Positions 9,183-18,711 of a stretch of 60,268 nucleotides of DNA are shown here, piece after piece. Under the pieces are notes generated by a model that made no database searches, was not told the DNA's origin, and saw only the letters and a program-made list of their open reading frames with translations. Position 1 is the first letter of the stretch. Each line of letters begins with the position of its first letter. The position numbers were made by a program, and so were the translations under genes. The stretch is from a virus (lineage: Duplodnaviria > Caudoviricetes): positions 1 through 60,268 of the IMG/VR virus record IMGVR_UViG_3300044501_000024; one strand, given 5' to 3'.

Positions 9183-11924
9183 GTGGCCTACGGCGGGCTG
9201 ACGTCGGCGTACTCGGTCCACGGGCGACGGCCACAGCTCCCTCCGATCTGCGACCCGGAAGAGATCAAAGACCAGCGGCACGCCTCCCAGATCCGGCAGT
9301 ACCTGAACTGGTGGTTCCGCTATCGGACGACGAAACGCGCGGAGCTGGAACGCGCCTGGAACCGCGCCCGGCTTTACGACGCGAGCCGCCAATGGAACCA
9401 GCCGTACCGCAGGGCGGGCACCGGAGACCGGTACTGGACTGATTGGCAGCCGATGCGCGCGGTGAGCAAGGCCGACCTGTTCCCGCGGCCGGTGCGCAAC
9501 CACTTCTCGGCCCACGTCCAAGACGAGGTATCGCGGCTCGTCGGCGTCGGACGCAAGCCGTACGTCCGCGTCGATGACCCGGAGAAGGAAGACGGGGCGA
9601 TCACCGCGAAGCAGGTGCTGCTCGATCGCAACGAGAAGACGGACTGGGATCGGCAGCAGCGGATCGGCTGCTACCACGCCGTGATGTTCGGCCAGTGGAT
9701 CCACGAATCGTTCCTGGAGTTCAACCGCACCAAGCGAGTCGACGCGCCGCCGACGATGGCCGTGCGCTGTGCGGACTGCGGGTTCATGCTGTCGAGCCCG
9801 TTGATCGCGCGTCAGGACGTGGGGCAGTTCCCGGAGGGCGCGGTGCGCACCACGATGCGCCCGGAGTCCGAGGTCTCTGGGACCCCGGAGTACGACCACA
9901 TGGTCGAGAACTGCCCCAACTGTCGGCAGCCGCTCCGGCCGTGGGGCGACATCCCGCGCGACGTCTGGATGTTCGAAGAGGACTCTCTGGGCCGATCGCT
10001 CAAGCAGCGGCAGCCGTACGCCGACGACATGACGGCCAACGTCGCGGCCTACGACTTCTTCCCCGACAACCAGGGAGTCGGCTACACGTCGGCCGCCGAG
10101 ATGGAGGCCTGGGGCATCCGCCAGCCGCGGGCCGTCAACTGGGTAAAGACCAGGTACCAGAACGCGCAGGACATCAAGACGCTACCCGACGTCGAGGCGT
10201 TCGCCCACCACCCGATCCTCGTGTCGTACGGTATGGGCCACTTCACGGCGTCGACCGATGGAATCTGGGACGGATGGGGGATGCTCGATCGCCTGTGCAT
10301 CAGGCCGTGCGACGAGTACGAGGACGGCCGGATCATCGTGATGTGGGGAGACCGACTGCTCCAGGACGACCGTCTGATGTTCGAGGGCACCGACATCCCA
10401 CGGCACGAGATCGAGATCGCGCAGTGGGAGTTGCGGGAGAACGAGGTCTGGGGGAAGAGCCTGACCGAGGACATGTTCTCGGCGCAGGACAATATCAATG
10501 GGTCGCTCAGCCAGGAGATGAACATCACCCAGAAGTACACCGACCCCAAGATCCTGCTGCACAGCGGCCAAGACCTGAAGTTCCGGGGCGGCGCTGACAG
10601 CCAGTACGCCAGCGACATCTGGACGATCAACAACGTGGGGGTGCCCCCGGATATCGCGGCCCAGTACCCCAAGTTCATCGGCGAGAAGAGCCCCAGCAGC
10701 GCTCTGGCCAATCGCCAGCAGATGGACATCCAGTACCTGGAGACGGCGAGCGGCGCCCGGGCTCCCGAGGTCGGGAACGTCACCGGGGTCGAGCTGAACT
10801 ACAGCGCCCTGCTGTTCGCCGCCCAGCGCTCGGCCCAGCGGCGGGAGCCCAGGGTGCGCGGCATCCGCAACCTGAACCGGACCATGTGGCGACATCGGCT
10901 GCGGCTGGTCGCCGCCTTCTGGCGCGAGGACCGGCTGATCCACTACCGGAACGACAGCGACAAGTGGGCGGTCAAGCAGGTCCGCGGGTTCATGCTCCGG
11001 GATCAGACGGACGTCGCGCTGGAAGACGATCCGGTTGTCGACTCGGCGATCGCGCTCCGCGCGTCGATCGAGCAGGGCATGAACTACGGGACGATCAGGA
11101 CCATGGCCAACGGCGGGTCGTACGGAGCCGACCAACGGATCAACCGGGCGATCGGGGTGCCCGACGAGCTGAACTCGGAACGCGACCAGCAGGAGGAGCA
11201 CGCGGTACGCGAGTGGCGCGCGTGGCTCGACGACGAACTGGAGCCGGTGATCGACCAGCAGCATGACGACCAGAAGATTCACTCGGCGCGCCACTCGGCG
11301 GACTTCGAGGGCCGCCTGGGGCACGAACTGCGGAGCCATCTATACGAGGAGTACGGCTTGCAGTGGGGCCGCGACGTGTTGCTCGCGACCTGGGAGTGGC
11401 AGCGGCTGCTCGGAGATCTCCAGAACATGCGGGCGGCCGTCAACCAGGCGCGCAGTTTCGATCCGCAGAAAGCGATGGCCAGCGGCATGGCCCCGCAACT
11501 GATCAGCCAGATGATGGACAAGATCGAGAAGCTGCGGTTGAACCTCATTGGGTTCCCCGCCAGCCTGGAACTCCAGATCTACAACGTGTGGAAGCGGCTG
11601 CTCATGGCGACAGGCGACAGCCGGCTGCTCATCCCGCGGACCAGCAGCTTGATCTGGCCGCTTCACGTGCTGATCAGGTTCAAGGTTCACATCCTTGGCC
11701 ACGTGTTGCTGGCCGCTGGACTCCAGCAGCCGGGGACCATTCCGCAACCGCCGATCGCCGCGCTGCCCGGTGCGCTGCCCGGCCCGCCGCCGGGCGGCCC
11801 GGTTGCCGCGGGCATGGTGTCTCCGGTGCCCGCCGCCCAGGAGAGCGCGCTGGAGCAGGGGGCATACGGGGCCCAGGCGGCGGCGGCCGGTGCCCGCCCG
11901 TCGCCCACCGGGGCCGGCGCATGA
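9183..11924 (+). CDS. Portal protein (podovirus/P22-like) with zinc-ribbon insertion
   Basis: 913 aa after terL. WGKSLTEDMFSAQDNIN segment typical of portals, CADC...CPNC insert, Pro/Gln-rich tail. Confidence 0.8.
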   Translation: MAYGGLTSAYSVHGRRPQLPPICDPEEIKDQRHASQIRQYLNWWFRYRTTKRAELERAWNRARLYDASRQWNQPYRRAGTGDRYWTDWQPMRAVSKADLFPRPVRNHFSAHVQDEVSRLVGVGRKPYVRVDDPEKEDGAITAKQVLLDRNEKTDWDRQQRIGCYHAVMFGQWIHESFLEFNRTKRVDAPPTMAVRCADCGFMLSSPLIARQDVGQFPEGAVRTTMRPESEVSGTPEYDHMVENCPNCRQPLRPWGDIPRDVWMFEEDSLGRSLKQRQPYADDMTANVAAYDFFPDNQGVGYTSAAEMEAWGIRQPRAVNWVKTRYQNAQDIKTLPDVEAFAHHPILVSYGMGHFTASTDGIWDGWGMLDRLCIRPCDEYEDGRIIVMWGDRLLQDDRLMFEGTDIPRHEIEIAQWELRENEVWGKSLTEDMFSAQDNINGSLSQEMNITQKYTDPKILLHSGQDLKFRGGADSQYASDIWTINNVGVPPDIAAQYPKFIGEKSPSSALANRQQMDIQYLETASGARAPEVGNVTGVELNYSALLFAAQRSAQRREPRVRGIRNLNRTMWRHRLRLVAAFWREDRLIHYRNDSDKWAVKQVRGFMLRDQTDVALEDDPVVDSAIALRASIEQGMNYGTIRTMANGGSYGADQRINRAIGVPDELNSERDQQEEHAVREWRAWLDDELEPVIDQQHDDQKIHSARHSADFEGRLGHELRSHLYEEYGLQWGRDVLLATWEWQRLLGDLQNMRAAVNQARSFDPQKAMASGMAPQLISQMMDKIEKLRLNLIGFPASLELQIYNVWKRLLMATGDSRLLIPRTSSLIWPLHVLIRFKVHILGHVLLAAGLQQPGTIPQPPIAALPGALPGPPPGGPVAAGMVSPVPAAQESALEQGAYGAQAAAAGARPSPTGAGA

Positions 11925-11935
11925 TTGGAGTGGCC

Positions 11936-12151
11936 ATGCCAGGGGTAGGCCCGACGATGCACGAGTTCGAGGCCGGGAAGTTGCGCAGCGGCAAGCGGGG
12001 TCCGGGGAAGGGGCCAGTCGTCAAGAGCCGGGCTCAGGCGATCGCCATCGGGCTCAGCGAGGATCGGGCAGCGGGCAAGGACGTGCCGCCGCCGCCCAGC
12101 GCCATGGGCCAGGCCGTGCGCCGCCGGCTGAAGGCGAAGGGCGCCGAGTGA
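11936..12151 (+). CDS. DUF6496-like small basic protein
   Basis: MHEFEAGKLRSG...VKSRAQAIAIGLSE recognised from memory. Alternative start at 11921. Confidence 0.7.
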   Translation: MPGVGPTMHEFEAGKLRSGKRGPGKGPVVKSRAQAIAIGLSEDRAAGKDVPPPPSAMGQAVRRRLKAKGAE

Positions 12152-12378
12152 AGCACTACTGCCATGCGGTCAACTGCCGGCGTAGGGTGCCTGCCAGGTA
12201 CCTGATGTGCGTCCCGCACTGGCGTCTCGTGCCTCCTGAAGTCAAGACCGTGTGGAGATTGACGGCTGCGGATCTCGATCACGCGACCACCAGAGAGGCC
12301 AGGACGTCGGCAATCTCAGCGGCCCGAAGCAATCTGTCGGAGCTACTGCGCATCGTCCAGGAGTTGGAGGCGGCTTGA
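12148..12378 (+). CDS. Small zinc-binding protein
   Basis: CHAVNC...MCVPHW motif. GTGA overlap. Confidence 0.6.
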   Translation: MKHYCHAVNCRRRVPARYLMCVPHWRLVPPEVKTVWRLTAADLDHATTREARTSAISAARSNLSELLRIVQELEAA

Positions 12379-12442
12379 CCGATCGACGGATCGAGTTCAT
12401 GCTTCGGCTGGACGCGGCGATAGGGAAAGGGGAGTTAGGGCG

Positions 12443-12847
12443 ATGGCCGAGACCGAGACCGAACGCAAGAAGCGCGAGAAGGAGGAGCTGCTCGCGAGCC
12501 TGAAGAAGGGGCAGACCGAGGTCTCCGGCGCCACTCGCTCGACCGAGACCTACGCGACCGGCGGCACCCAGGGCGAAAAGCCGTACGCGCAGCGCGAGAC
12601 GATGACCCGCGTCGAGAAGGCCGAGGAGTCGAAGCCTGGGTTCACGGCCAGTGAAGTGAAGACCGCGCCGCCGCCCAAGGCCAAGAAGAAGTTCTCGGAG
12701 ATGACCGAGGACGAGCTGTCGAAGTACAAGCCGCAGGGCGCCATCGACAAGGCGCAGTTCGATACGTTCATGCGCCGCAGGAAGGGCGTCGAGAACTCCA
12801 GTCCCATGGGCCGCGTCGTCAGCAAGCGGCTGGCCGAGCGCGCCTGA
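12443..12847 (+). CDS. Small basic protein with SPMGRVVSKR motif
   Basis: RBS present, GC3-rich codons. Confidence 0.7.
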   Translation: MAETETERKKREKEELLASLKKGQTEVSGATRSTETYATGGTQGEKPYAQRETMTRVEKAEESKPGFTASEVKTAPPPKAKKKFSEMTEDELSKYKPQGAIDKAQFDTFMRRRKGVENSSPMGRVVSKRLAERA

Positions 12848-12987
12848 TGGCCGACCAGGCGATGAGCACGGAGACCGCCGGGCCCCTGATGAAGGAGTCG
12901 TACGCGGGCCGCGCCATGGGGCGCGTCGTCAAGAGGCGCAAGAAGAAGCTGGCCAAGAAAGCGGAGGCAGCCGATGGCGGAAGGTAA
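12847..12987 (+). CDS. 46-aa basic protein (not in ORF track) MADQAMSTETAGPLMKESYAGRAMGRVVKRRKKKLAKKAEAADGGR
   Basis: TGATG overlap. Shares MKES and AMG-x-V-[VI]-basic motifs with its neighbour. Confidence 0.7.
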   Translation: MADQAMSTETAGPLMKESYAGRAMGRVVKRRKKKLAKKAEAADGGR

Positions 12988-13174
12988 GCTCTCGAAGCCG
13001 GTGACCAACACCTCGGGCTACGCGGTGTCGAAGCCGGAGAGCGCGATGGGCAAGGTCATCCGCCGCAAGAAGCTGGCGAAGGCCGGGAAGATGCGGCCGG
13101 GCACGATCAAGGAGCCGGACATGATGGGCAGCCCCCCGATGAAGGAGTCGCACAAGATGGAGGGAGGCTACTGA
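12974..13174 (+). CDS. Small basic protein with SAMGKVIRRK motif
   Basis: GGAGG RBS and shared motif. Confidence 0.7.
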   Translation: MAEGKLSKPVTNTSGYAVSKPESAMGKVIRRKKLAKAGKMRPGTIKEPDMMGSPPMKESHKMEGGY

Positions 13175-13629
13175 TGGCCGACGGGTGGCCGACCGTCGTC
13201 AGCGGCCAGCCGTACAAGCGGCAGACCGCAGCCCAGTTCTTCGGGGCCCAGCCGAGTCAGCCGGCAGCCGGCGGCGCGGCGCGCCGCCTGCCCCCGGGCC
13301 GCAGGCGCACCACGGACCCGGACGAGCAGGGAGCGCCCCCCCCGCAGAGTTCAACGTTTCGCCCGCCGGCCCCCGGGCTCAAGCCGGCTCCCGGCACGCA
13401 GTTCCCGTCACCCCTCGACATCGAGGGGCCCAGCGGTCAGCCGACCAGCCCCATGGGAGACGCGGTCCGCAAGCGGCGACGTGGGCTCAGGCCGCCGGAG
13501 GGCCCGCCGACCCCGGGGCAGACGGTGCCGACCGCGATTCGCACCACGGTCGGGGCGGCTCGTCAGCCTGCGCCAGCCGGCTGGGAGAACATGAGGCAGC
13601 CGGCTGCCGGCTGGGGGAGAACGTACTGA
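13174..13629 (+). CDS. Pro-rich disordered protein with SPMGDAVRKR motif
   Basis: TGATG overlap and GGAGG RBS. Confidence 0.65.
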   Translation: MADGWPTVVSGQPYKRQTAAQFFGAQPSQPAAGGAARRLPPGRRRTTDPDEQGAPPPQSSTFRPPAPGLKPAPGTQFPSPLDIEGPSGQPTSPMGDAVRKRRRGLRPPEGPPTPGQTVPTAIRTTVGAARQPAPAGWENMRQPAAGWGRTY

Positions 13630-13674
13630 GCGGACGCCGAGTTCCGAACGACTGAAAGCTGAAAGGAACGCCAG

Positions 13675-14118
13675 ATGATCAAGGTCGAGCCGATCGGCGA
13701 TCGGGTGGTCGCCGAGCGCATAGAGGCGAAGCCGGGCGAAGAGCGTCACGGATCCCTGTACATCCCGGACACCGCGAAGGACGCGCCGCTGCTGGCCAGG
13801 GTGGTCGCCGTGGGCCCTGGGCGCACCTCGCAGTGGCCGGGGCAGGCGGCGGTCAACGGCCTGGTGTTCGGCCAGACGCTGATGGGCACGGTCAGCGGTC
13901 TGCCGCTGACCATCGAGTTCCAGGGCCAGCCGATGCAGGTGGCGGTCGGCGACCTGGTGATCTACGGCCGGTACAGCGGCGCCGAGATCCCCCTGAACAT
14001 CAACGGCAAGCTGGAGACCGTGTTCATGCTGCGGCAGGACGAGATCATGGGGATCGTCCGCGGGGTGACCGAGGACCAAGAGCCGAAGCCGGCCACCGAG
14101 CAACTGGTCGAGAGTTGA
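13675..14118 (+). CDS. groES: Co-chaperonin GroES
   Basis: PIGDRVV, LYIPDTAK, VVAVGPG, VGDLVIYGRYSGAEI and DEIMGIV motifs. Contains an ~30-aa insertion. Confidence 0.92.
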   Translation: MIKVEPIGDRVVAERIEAKPGEERHGSLYIPDTAKDAPLLARVVAVGPGRTSQWPGQAAVNGLVFGQTLMGTVSGLPLTIEFQGQPMQVAVGDLVIYGRYSGAEIPLNINGKLETVFMLRQDEIMGIVRGVTEDQEPKPATEQLVES

Positions 14119-14120
14119 GC

Positions 14121-14844
14121 ATGGCCGTTACTGGGCCGCTGTCGCCCGGCTTCCATCCTGTTCCCGGCGCCTTGGGGCTGGAGTGCGACGAGTGCCAATC
14201 CTTCTTCCCGGTTTGGGACACATCGAGGCTGCCGAAGGACCATCCGTATCAACATCGAGCGGGCTGCTCAATCGGAGATCGGGGGCAGCGGAAGAAGGTG
14301 CTTCCGGTGGAGCTGCTGTGATCCTCTACTGCCGCCGCCACAACATCCTGCTCTGCGAGAGGCACTCCGATCAATGTTTCGGGGGAGAGCGCTGCGATCC
14401 GCAACCATGGGCAGCCCGGTTCGGCTGGGCCTGCTCGGTCTGCGAAGGAGTCATCTCGCCGCGGACCGACCAGAGGACGAAAGAGGAAGCGAGGCTGATC
14501 AAGTCGCCATGATCAGAATCCTTCCCTGCCAGAACTGCGGCCACGCCCGGCTCCAGAACGGAGACCCCTACTGGCTGACCAGGTTCCCGGAGATCGGCGC
14601 GCAGCGGTACTTCGTGTACGAGTGCCACGGGTGCCGAGGCCAACGCGGTCAGTGGAAACCGCAGTCGGTCACGCTCCACGAGTTCAATGCTCTGCCCGTG
14701 GCCAGCGGCGTGCAGCTCGTGGCGCTCGGCATCTCGGGCCAGGTGCTGCGTGACCTGATGGCCGGCGGCAAGATGACGGCCGACGGAGCGATCAAAGAGT
14801 ACGACAGGCGAGCAGGTATCGGCGTCCAAGGAGGCGAGAGATGA
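14121..14844 (+). other. Three small Cys/His zinc-binding ORFs (14121-14321, 14318-14512, 14509-14844)
   Basis: CxxC pairs and GTGA/ATGA overlaps. Confidence 0.6.
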
Positions 14845-15800
14845 GGAAGATGCTGGCGGTGGCCGCAAGCGTGGCCGCTGCGCTCTGGGCGTGTAGCGAG
14901 GCAACGGTCTCGCGACCGACCGTGTCGAACGACGAGCCGAAGCAGGTGCCGACGATCGCCCAGCAGCAGGCGGCCCCACCGCCGCTCGCCGAGGGCGACA
15001 GCGGACCCAGGACGTGCAAGGACCGGTTCGCGACCACCGACATCCACGAGGTGCCGGGGGGCGTGGCCGCGTCGTTCACGCTCAGCGGGTGGGATGACGG
15101 GAAGCTCCCCGGCTATCACCTCGCGGCGTTCGCGCCGCCAGGCAACGGCCAGGGCGTGCTGAAGGGGGTCGACCGCGGGGACAGCGGACCGTTCCTCATC
15201 GGGCTGCCCAAGGCCTGCGGCCCGGTGGTCTACCAGGTAGATCTCGGGTGCGGCTACCAGCCGCCGGCTGACGCCGGGTACAACGGCGGGAGCTGGGCGG
15301 CCAGCAAGAACGTGACGGTGGCCGGGGACCCAGAGCGGTGCATCGAGCCCACGCCCACGCCGAGCCCCAGCCCCACGCCGAGCCCGTCGCCCACGCCCAC
15401 GCCCACGCCTACCCCGACCCCGACCCCGACCCCGAGTCCGTCGCCGACTCCCACTCCGAGCCCGACGCCAACCCCGAGCCCGTCACCGACGCCACCGCCG
15501 TGCGAGGTCGACGGGGAGCCGGACGACTGCGCGTGCCTGGACGTGCTGCCCGGGGAGCAGGAGTGCGAGAAGCTCGGGCTCAAGCTGAGGCAGAAGATCG
15601 ACACGGAGGGGGATCCCGTCCAGGTGACAGCGGCCATGGACGCCGCCGCGGCCCTCGTGAAGGACGGCCGAGGCCAGTGCGCGTCGGGCTACAAGGCGTA
15701 CCGCATCTACATCGGGGTCGAGCAGGGGGACGTGCTGCTCAAGCCGTCGTGTGGCGGTGCGGTATCTCACGTCACCTACTGCGAGTGCGGCGATCACTGA
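14841..15800 (+). CDS. Lipoprotein with PT-rich linker and Cys-rich domains
   Basis: MRKMLAVAASVAAALWAC lipobox-like signal and a (PT/PS)n linker. Confidence 0.8.
   Translation: MRKMLAVAASVAAALWACSEATVSRPTVSNDEPKQVPTIAQQQAAPPPLAEGDSGPRTCKDRFATTDIHEVPGGVAASFTLSGWDDGKLPGYHLAAFAPPGNGQGVLKGVDRGDSGPFLIGLPKACGPVVYQVDLGCGYQPPADAGYNGGSWAASKNVTVAGDPERCIEPTPTPSPSPTPSPSPTPTPTPTPTPTPTPSPSPTPTPSPTPTPSPSPTPPPCEVDGEPDDCACLDVLPGEQECEKLGLKLRQKIDTEGDPVQVTAAMDAAAALVKDGRGQCASGYKAYRIYIGVEQGDVLLKPSCGGAVSHVTYCECGDH
15348..15500 (+). repeat. Low-complexity (CCSACS/CCSAGC)n repeat encoding a PT/PS linker
   Basis: PTPTPSPSPTPSPSPTPTPT... seen directly. Confidence 0.85.
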
Positions 15801-15807
15801 GAACACG

Positions 15808-16026
15808 ATGCGAGCACTACAACACCCGGAGATCATTCGTCGTCTGACCGAGATGGAGACGGCCGTCCTGCGGGATGGGCACGCCGCGCAGATCGCGGTG
15901 ACCTTTCACTACCCGTCGGGGCAGGGGATCTCGGAGGGGCGACGTCCGATCGTGAGGATCGTTGGGCCCTCGGTTGACGTGGAGTTCGATGCGGGGGGCT
16001 TGACATCCGCCGCGAAGCGGACCTAA
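15808..16026 (+). CDS. Small hypothetical protein preceding the head operon
   Basis: 72-aa ORF whose 3' end contains a promoter. Confidence 0.55.
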   Translation: MRALQHPEIIRRLTEMETAVLRDGHAAQIAVTFHYPSGQGISEGRRPIVRIVGPSVDVEFDAGGLTSAAKRT

Positions 16027-16029
16027 ACT
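16000..16029 (+). promoter_or_regulatory. Promoter TTGACA-N18-TAAACT for scaffold/capsid genes, with a dyad in the spacer
   Basis: Perfect -35. TCCGC-N6-GCGGA inverted repeat in the spacer. Confidence 0.7.
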
Positions 16030-16079
16030 CAAGACCGGTATGACCGTCCAGAGCCGGAAACGCTGACAGGAACGAACGA

Positions 16080-17267
16080 ATGGCCGACCTGGAAGACGAC
16101 GCGATCGACAACGACGACCTGACGTCGGGCCCCGGGGAAGACGCACCACAGCCCCCGCAGGCGACCGACGCTGGCCCCAGGGTCGAGCGGCTGCCCAAGC
16201 CGCTGGCCAAGGAGCCTCCGACCGGGGAAGTGTCAAAGCCGACCCGGCTGGTGAGCGATCTTCGAACCGAACCCGAAGCGCCACCGACCACGACATCCAA
16301 GACGACACCCGAGCCCGCGAAGGCCAGCGAGCCGGACGAGCTGACCAAGCTCCGAGAGCAGCATGTCGCGCTTCAAGAGCGACTGGAGCGCATGGAGCAG
16401 GCAGCCAAGCATCCGCGTGAACCCGGGGAGCTTCCGCCTCCCGAAGAGGTGGACCCGGACGACGCCGAGACCGTGCGCGGGATTGCCCGGTCCCTGATGG
16501 AGTCGAGAGACGTGGAAGCCGCGCAGTGGAGAGCCGACTATAAGAGGTTCGGAACCGAGCTGACGCCGGTGACGACGGAGTTGGATGAGGTGTCAGGCGA
16601 CGTGCTGGCCATCGAGCACTCGCTGGACGACAAGAAGCGAGAGTCGCTCGGGCTTCCCGAGCTGGACGAGTTGGCGCGCGACGGGCTGCGCGCCAGGCTG
16701 GAAACGCTCAGGTCGCGGCAGGAACGGCTGGGGAATCGCCGGGACCAACTGAAGTCGAAGCGAGAGGCACTCGAAGACCGATACGAGCAGCGGATGCGCG
16801 GATGGGTCAACGATGTGCGGCAGACGGCTGCCAACAAGAGGCTCGAAAAGAAGGAATCCGAGTCGCGGGACGCGGAAGAGGTGGCGGCTGACGGCCAGTG
16901 GACGGAGTCGTGGGTGGCCGCCAGCAAGAGCCTACCGGAAGACGTCAAGGACGAAGTCGAGACCTATCTGCTCGCGAGGGCAGACGTCGTGTACAACGAC
17001 CTGGGCCGGACGATTCCGGATCTCAGGGCCTGGATGAGCGAGAAGATCAACAAGCTTCTCGGGGCCAGGAACGTCACGGCGGGCATGAGCGACGTGGAAG
17101 TCGCACGGCTTCGTGAGCGAGACGCACGGCAAAACGCGCCCAGGGGCAGAGCGGCGATCGCCGAGCCCGCGCCGACTCGTACGAACGTGACCCCGGAGGA
17201 GCGACGGCGAGATGCCGATCGCAGAACCGCTTTGGCCGCGAGGTCGATCAGAGCGGTACCCAGGTAG
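16080..17267 (+). CDS. Probable capsid scaffolding protein
   Basis: Acidic disordered N-terminus and long coiled coil, immediately upstream of the capsid gene. Confidence 0.7.
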   Translation: MADLEDDAIDNDDLTSGPGEDAPQPPQATDAGPRVERLPKPLAKEPPTGEVSKPTRLVSDLRTEPEAPPTTTSKTTPEPAKASEPDELTKLREQHVALQERLERMEQAAKHPREPGELPPPEEVDPDDAETVRGIARSLMESRDVEAAQWRADYKRFGTELTPVTTELDEVSGDVLAIEHSLDDKKRESLGLPELDELARDGLRARLETLRSRQERLGNRRDQLKSKREALEDRYEQRMRGWVNDVRQTAANKRLEKKESESRDAEEVAADGQWTESWVAASKSLPEDVKDEVETYLLARADVVYNDLGRTIPDLRAWMSEKINKLLGARNVTAGMSDVEVARLRERDARQNAPRGRAAIAEPAPTRTNVTPEERRRDADRRTALAARSIRAVPR

Positions 17268-17343
17268 TTCGTTCCCCGCCCGCCCCGACTGAAAACCAGG
17301 GCCCGAAGCTACCGATCCAGTTTCTCTTGATCGGAGGCTTTCA

Positions 17344-18651
17344 ATGGCTGACGCTGCGCAGGACACGACAGCGGTCACCGAGTGGATGCAGGAGACGTAC
17401 ACGAAGAAGGACTTCTTCGATCCGTACCAGGAGTCCTTTACCCCGCTGCTCTCGGACCTGGAGGAGTGCCCGGACGAGCCGGTGAAGGGCAAGCAGTGGA
17501 ACGTCCCCCTGTACATGGCGACCGGCTGGAACGTGCGGACGGGGGCCGAGGGCGGCCCGCAGGCCGAGGTCGAGTCGGATTCCGTGGTCCAGGGTAAGGT
17601 CCGTGCCCACGAGTTCAAGGGCACGGTCAAGCTCACGGAGCTGCTGGAGCGGGTGGGGACGAGCGACGCGCACTTCAACGGCGGCGCGCTCGACCACCAG
17701 ATGAAGCAGCGGACCATGGAGATGTCGAAGCTGATGCAGATCCACTTCTGGGGGTTCGGCGACGGTCGCCTCGGGGTGGTGGACGAAGCGGTGGTCGCCG
17801 GCACCGTGATCAAGCTGCGCCTGCCGAAGGCGTGGACCGCGACGCGCCGGAACATGCGGATCGAGGTCCGGACGACGGCCGGCGTGCTGGAGGGTACCAA
17901 CCCGCTCAAGATCCTGAAGGTCGATCGGAAGCCCGTGGGCATCAGCGGGGCCGGGGCGTTCAACACGTTCGCCGGTCAGATCACGGTGGACCTGGCGACC
18001 ACGGTCAGCGCCGGCAGCGTGATCTACTCCAAGGGCGACTACACGTACGCGCCCAACGGCATCGAGGGGCTGGTCACCGACAACACGGTTCAGAACACGT
18101 TTCTCACGCTGAACCGCACCACGCACGCCCCCGACCTGAACGCGCAGCGCGACCACGCGAACGGCGTGCCGCGCCCGGTCAGCCAGGAGATCTTGCGGTC
18201 GATGTCCGACTCGATCTACTTCGTGGGCCGCGAGATCGACAGCATCCGGTGCAACGCGGGGCAGATCAACAAGGTCGCCAGCCTGTCGGTCAACAACCTC
18301 CGGTACAACGTGGTGTCCGGGGGTTACCCCAAGTACATCCAGGGGCACCGCGAGGGCGATCTGCTGTTCGCCTACGACCGGGTGACCGCGACGTTCAAGA
18401 AGGACCCGCAGTGCCCGCTGCGCCGGATCTATTTCCTGTCGTTCCGCGACTCGTTCAACAAGCACACGAGCGCGGAGTTGGGGTTCCTGCGTCGGGGTGG
18501 CGACATCCTGATGCCGGTCGTCTCCTCGGGCGGCGGCGGGTATGACTACTCGCTCCAGGCCCGGCTGTACGCCGCGAAGAACATCTCGAACTACTTCCCG
18601 GGCGGCAACGGCGTGATCGAGGATCTCGAAGACACGTTGGCCGGGGAGTAG
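17344..18651 (+). CDS. Major capsid protein
   Basis: 435 aa, strongly biased codons, follows the scaffold, PNGIEGLV motif, GC hairpin downstream. Confidence 0.8.
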   Translation: MADAAQDTTAVTEWMQETYTKKDFFDPYQESFTPLLSDLEECPDEPVKGKQWNVPLYMATGWNVRTGAEGGPQAEVESDSVVQGKVRAHEFKGTVKLTELLERVGTSDAHFNGGALDHQMKQRTMEMSKLMQIHFWGFGDGRLGVVDEAVVAGTVIKLRLPKAWTATRRNMRIEVRTTAGVLEGTNPLKILKVDRKPVGISGAGAFNTFAGQITVDLATTVSAGSVIYSKGDYTYAPNGIEGLVTDNTVQNTFLTLNRTTHAPDLNAQRDHANGVPRPVSQEILRSMSDSIYFVGREIDSIRCNAGQINKVASLSVNNLRYNVVSGGYPKYIQGHREGDLLFAYDRVTATFKKDPQCPLRRIYFLSFRDSFNKHTSAELGFLRRGGDILMPVVSSGGGGYDYSLQARLYAAKNISNYFPGGNGVIEDLEDTLAGE

Positions 18652-18670
18652 CTGCTCTCCGCCCAGCAGC

Positions 18671-18696
18671 CCGGGGGCCTCACTGGGGCCCCCGGG
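18671..18696 (+). terminator. GC hairpin after the capsid gene
   Basis: CCGGGGGCC/GGCCCCCGG stem, but no U-tract. Confidence 0.5.
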
Positions 18697-18711
18697 CCTA
18701 ACGCTCTCATC

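Noticed and set aside
15348-15500. Tandem repeats as CRISPR or VNTR
   Set aside because: Degenerate 6-bp coding repeat for a PT linker, with no spacers.
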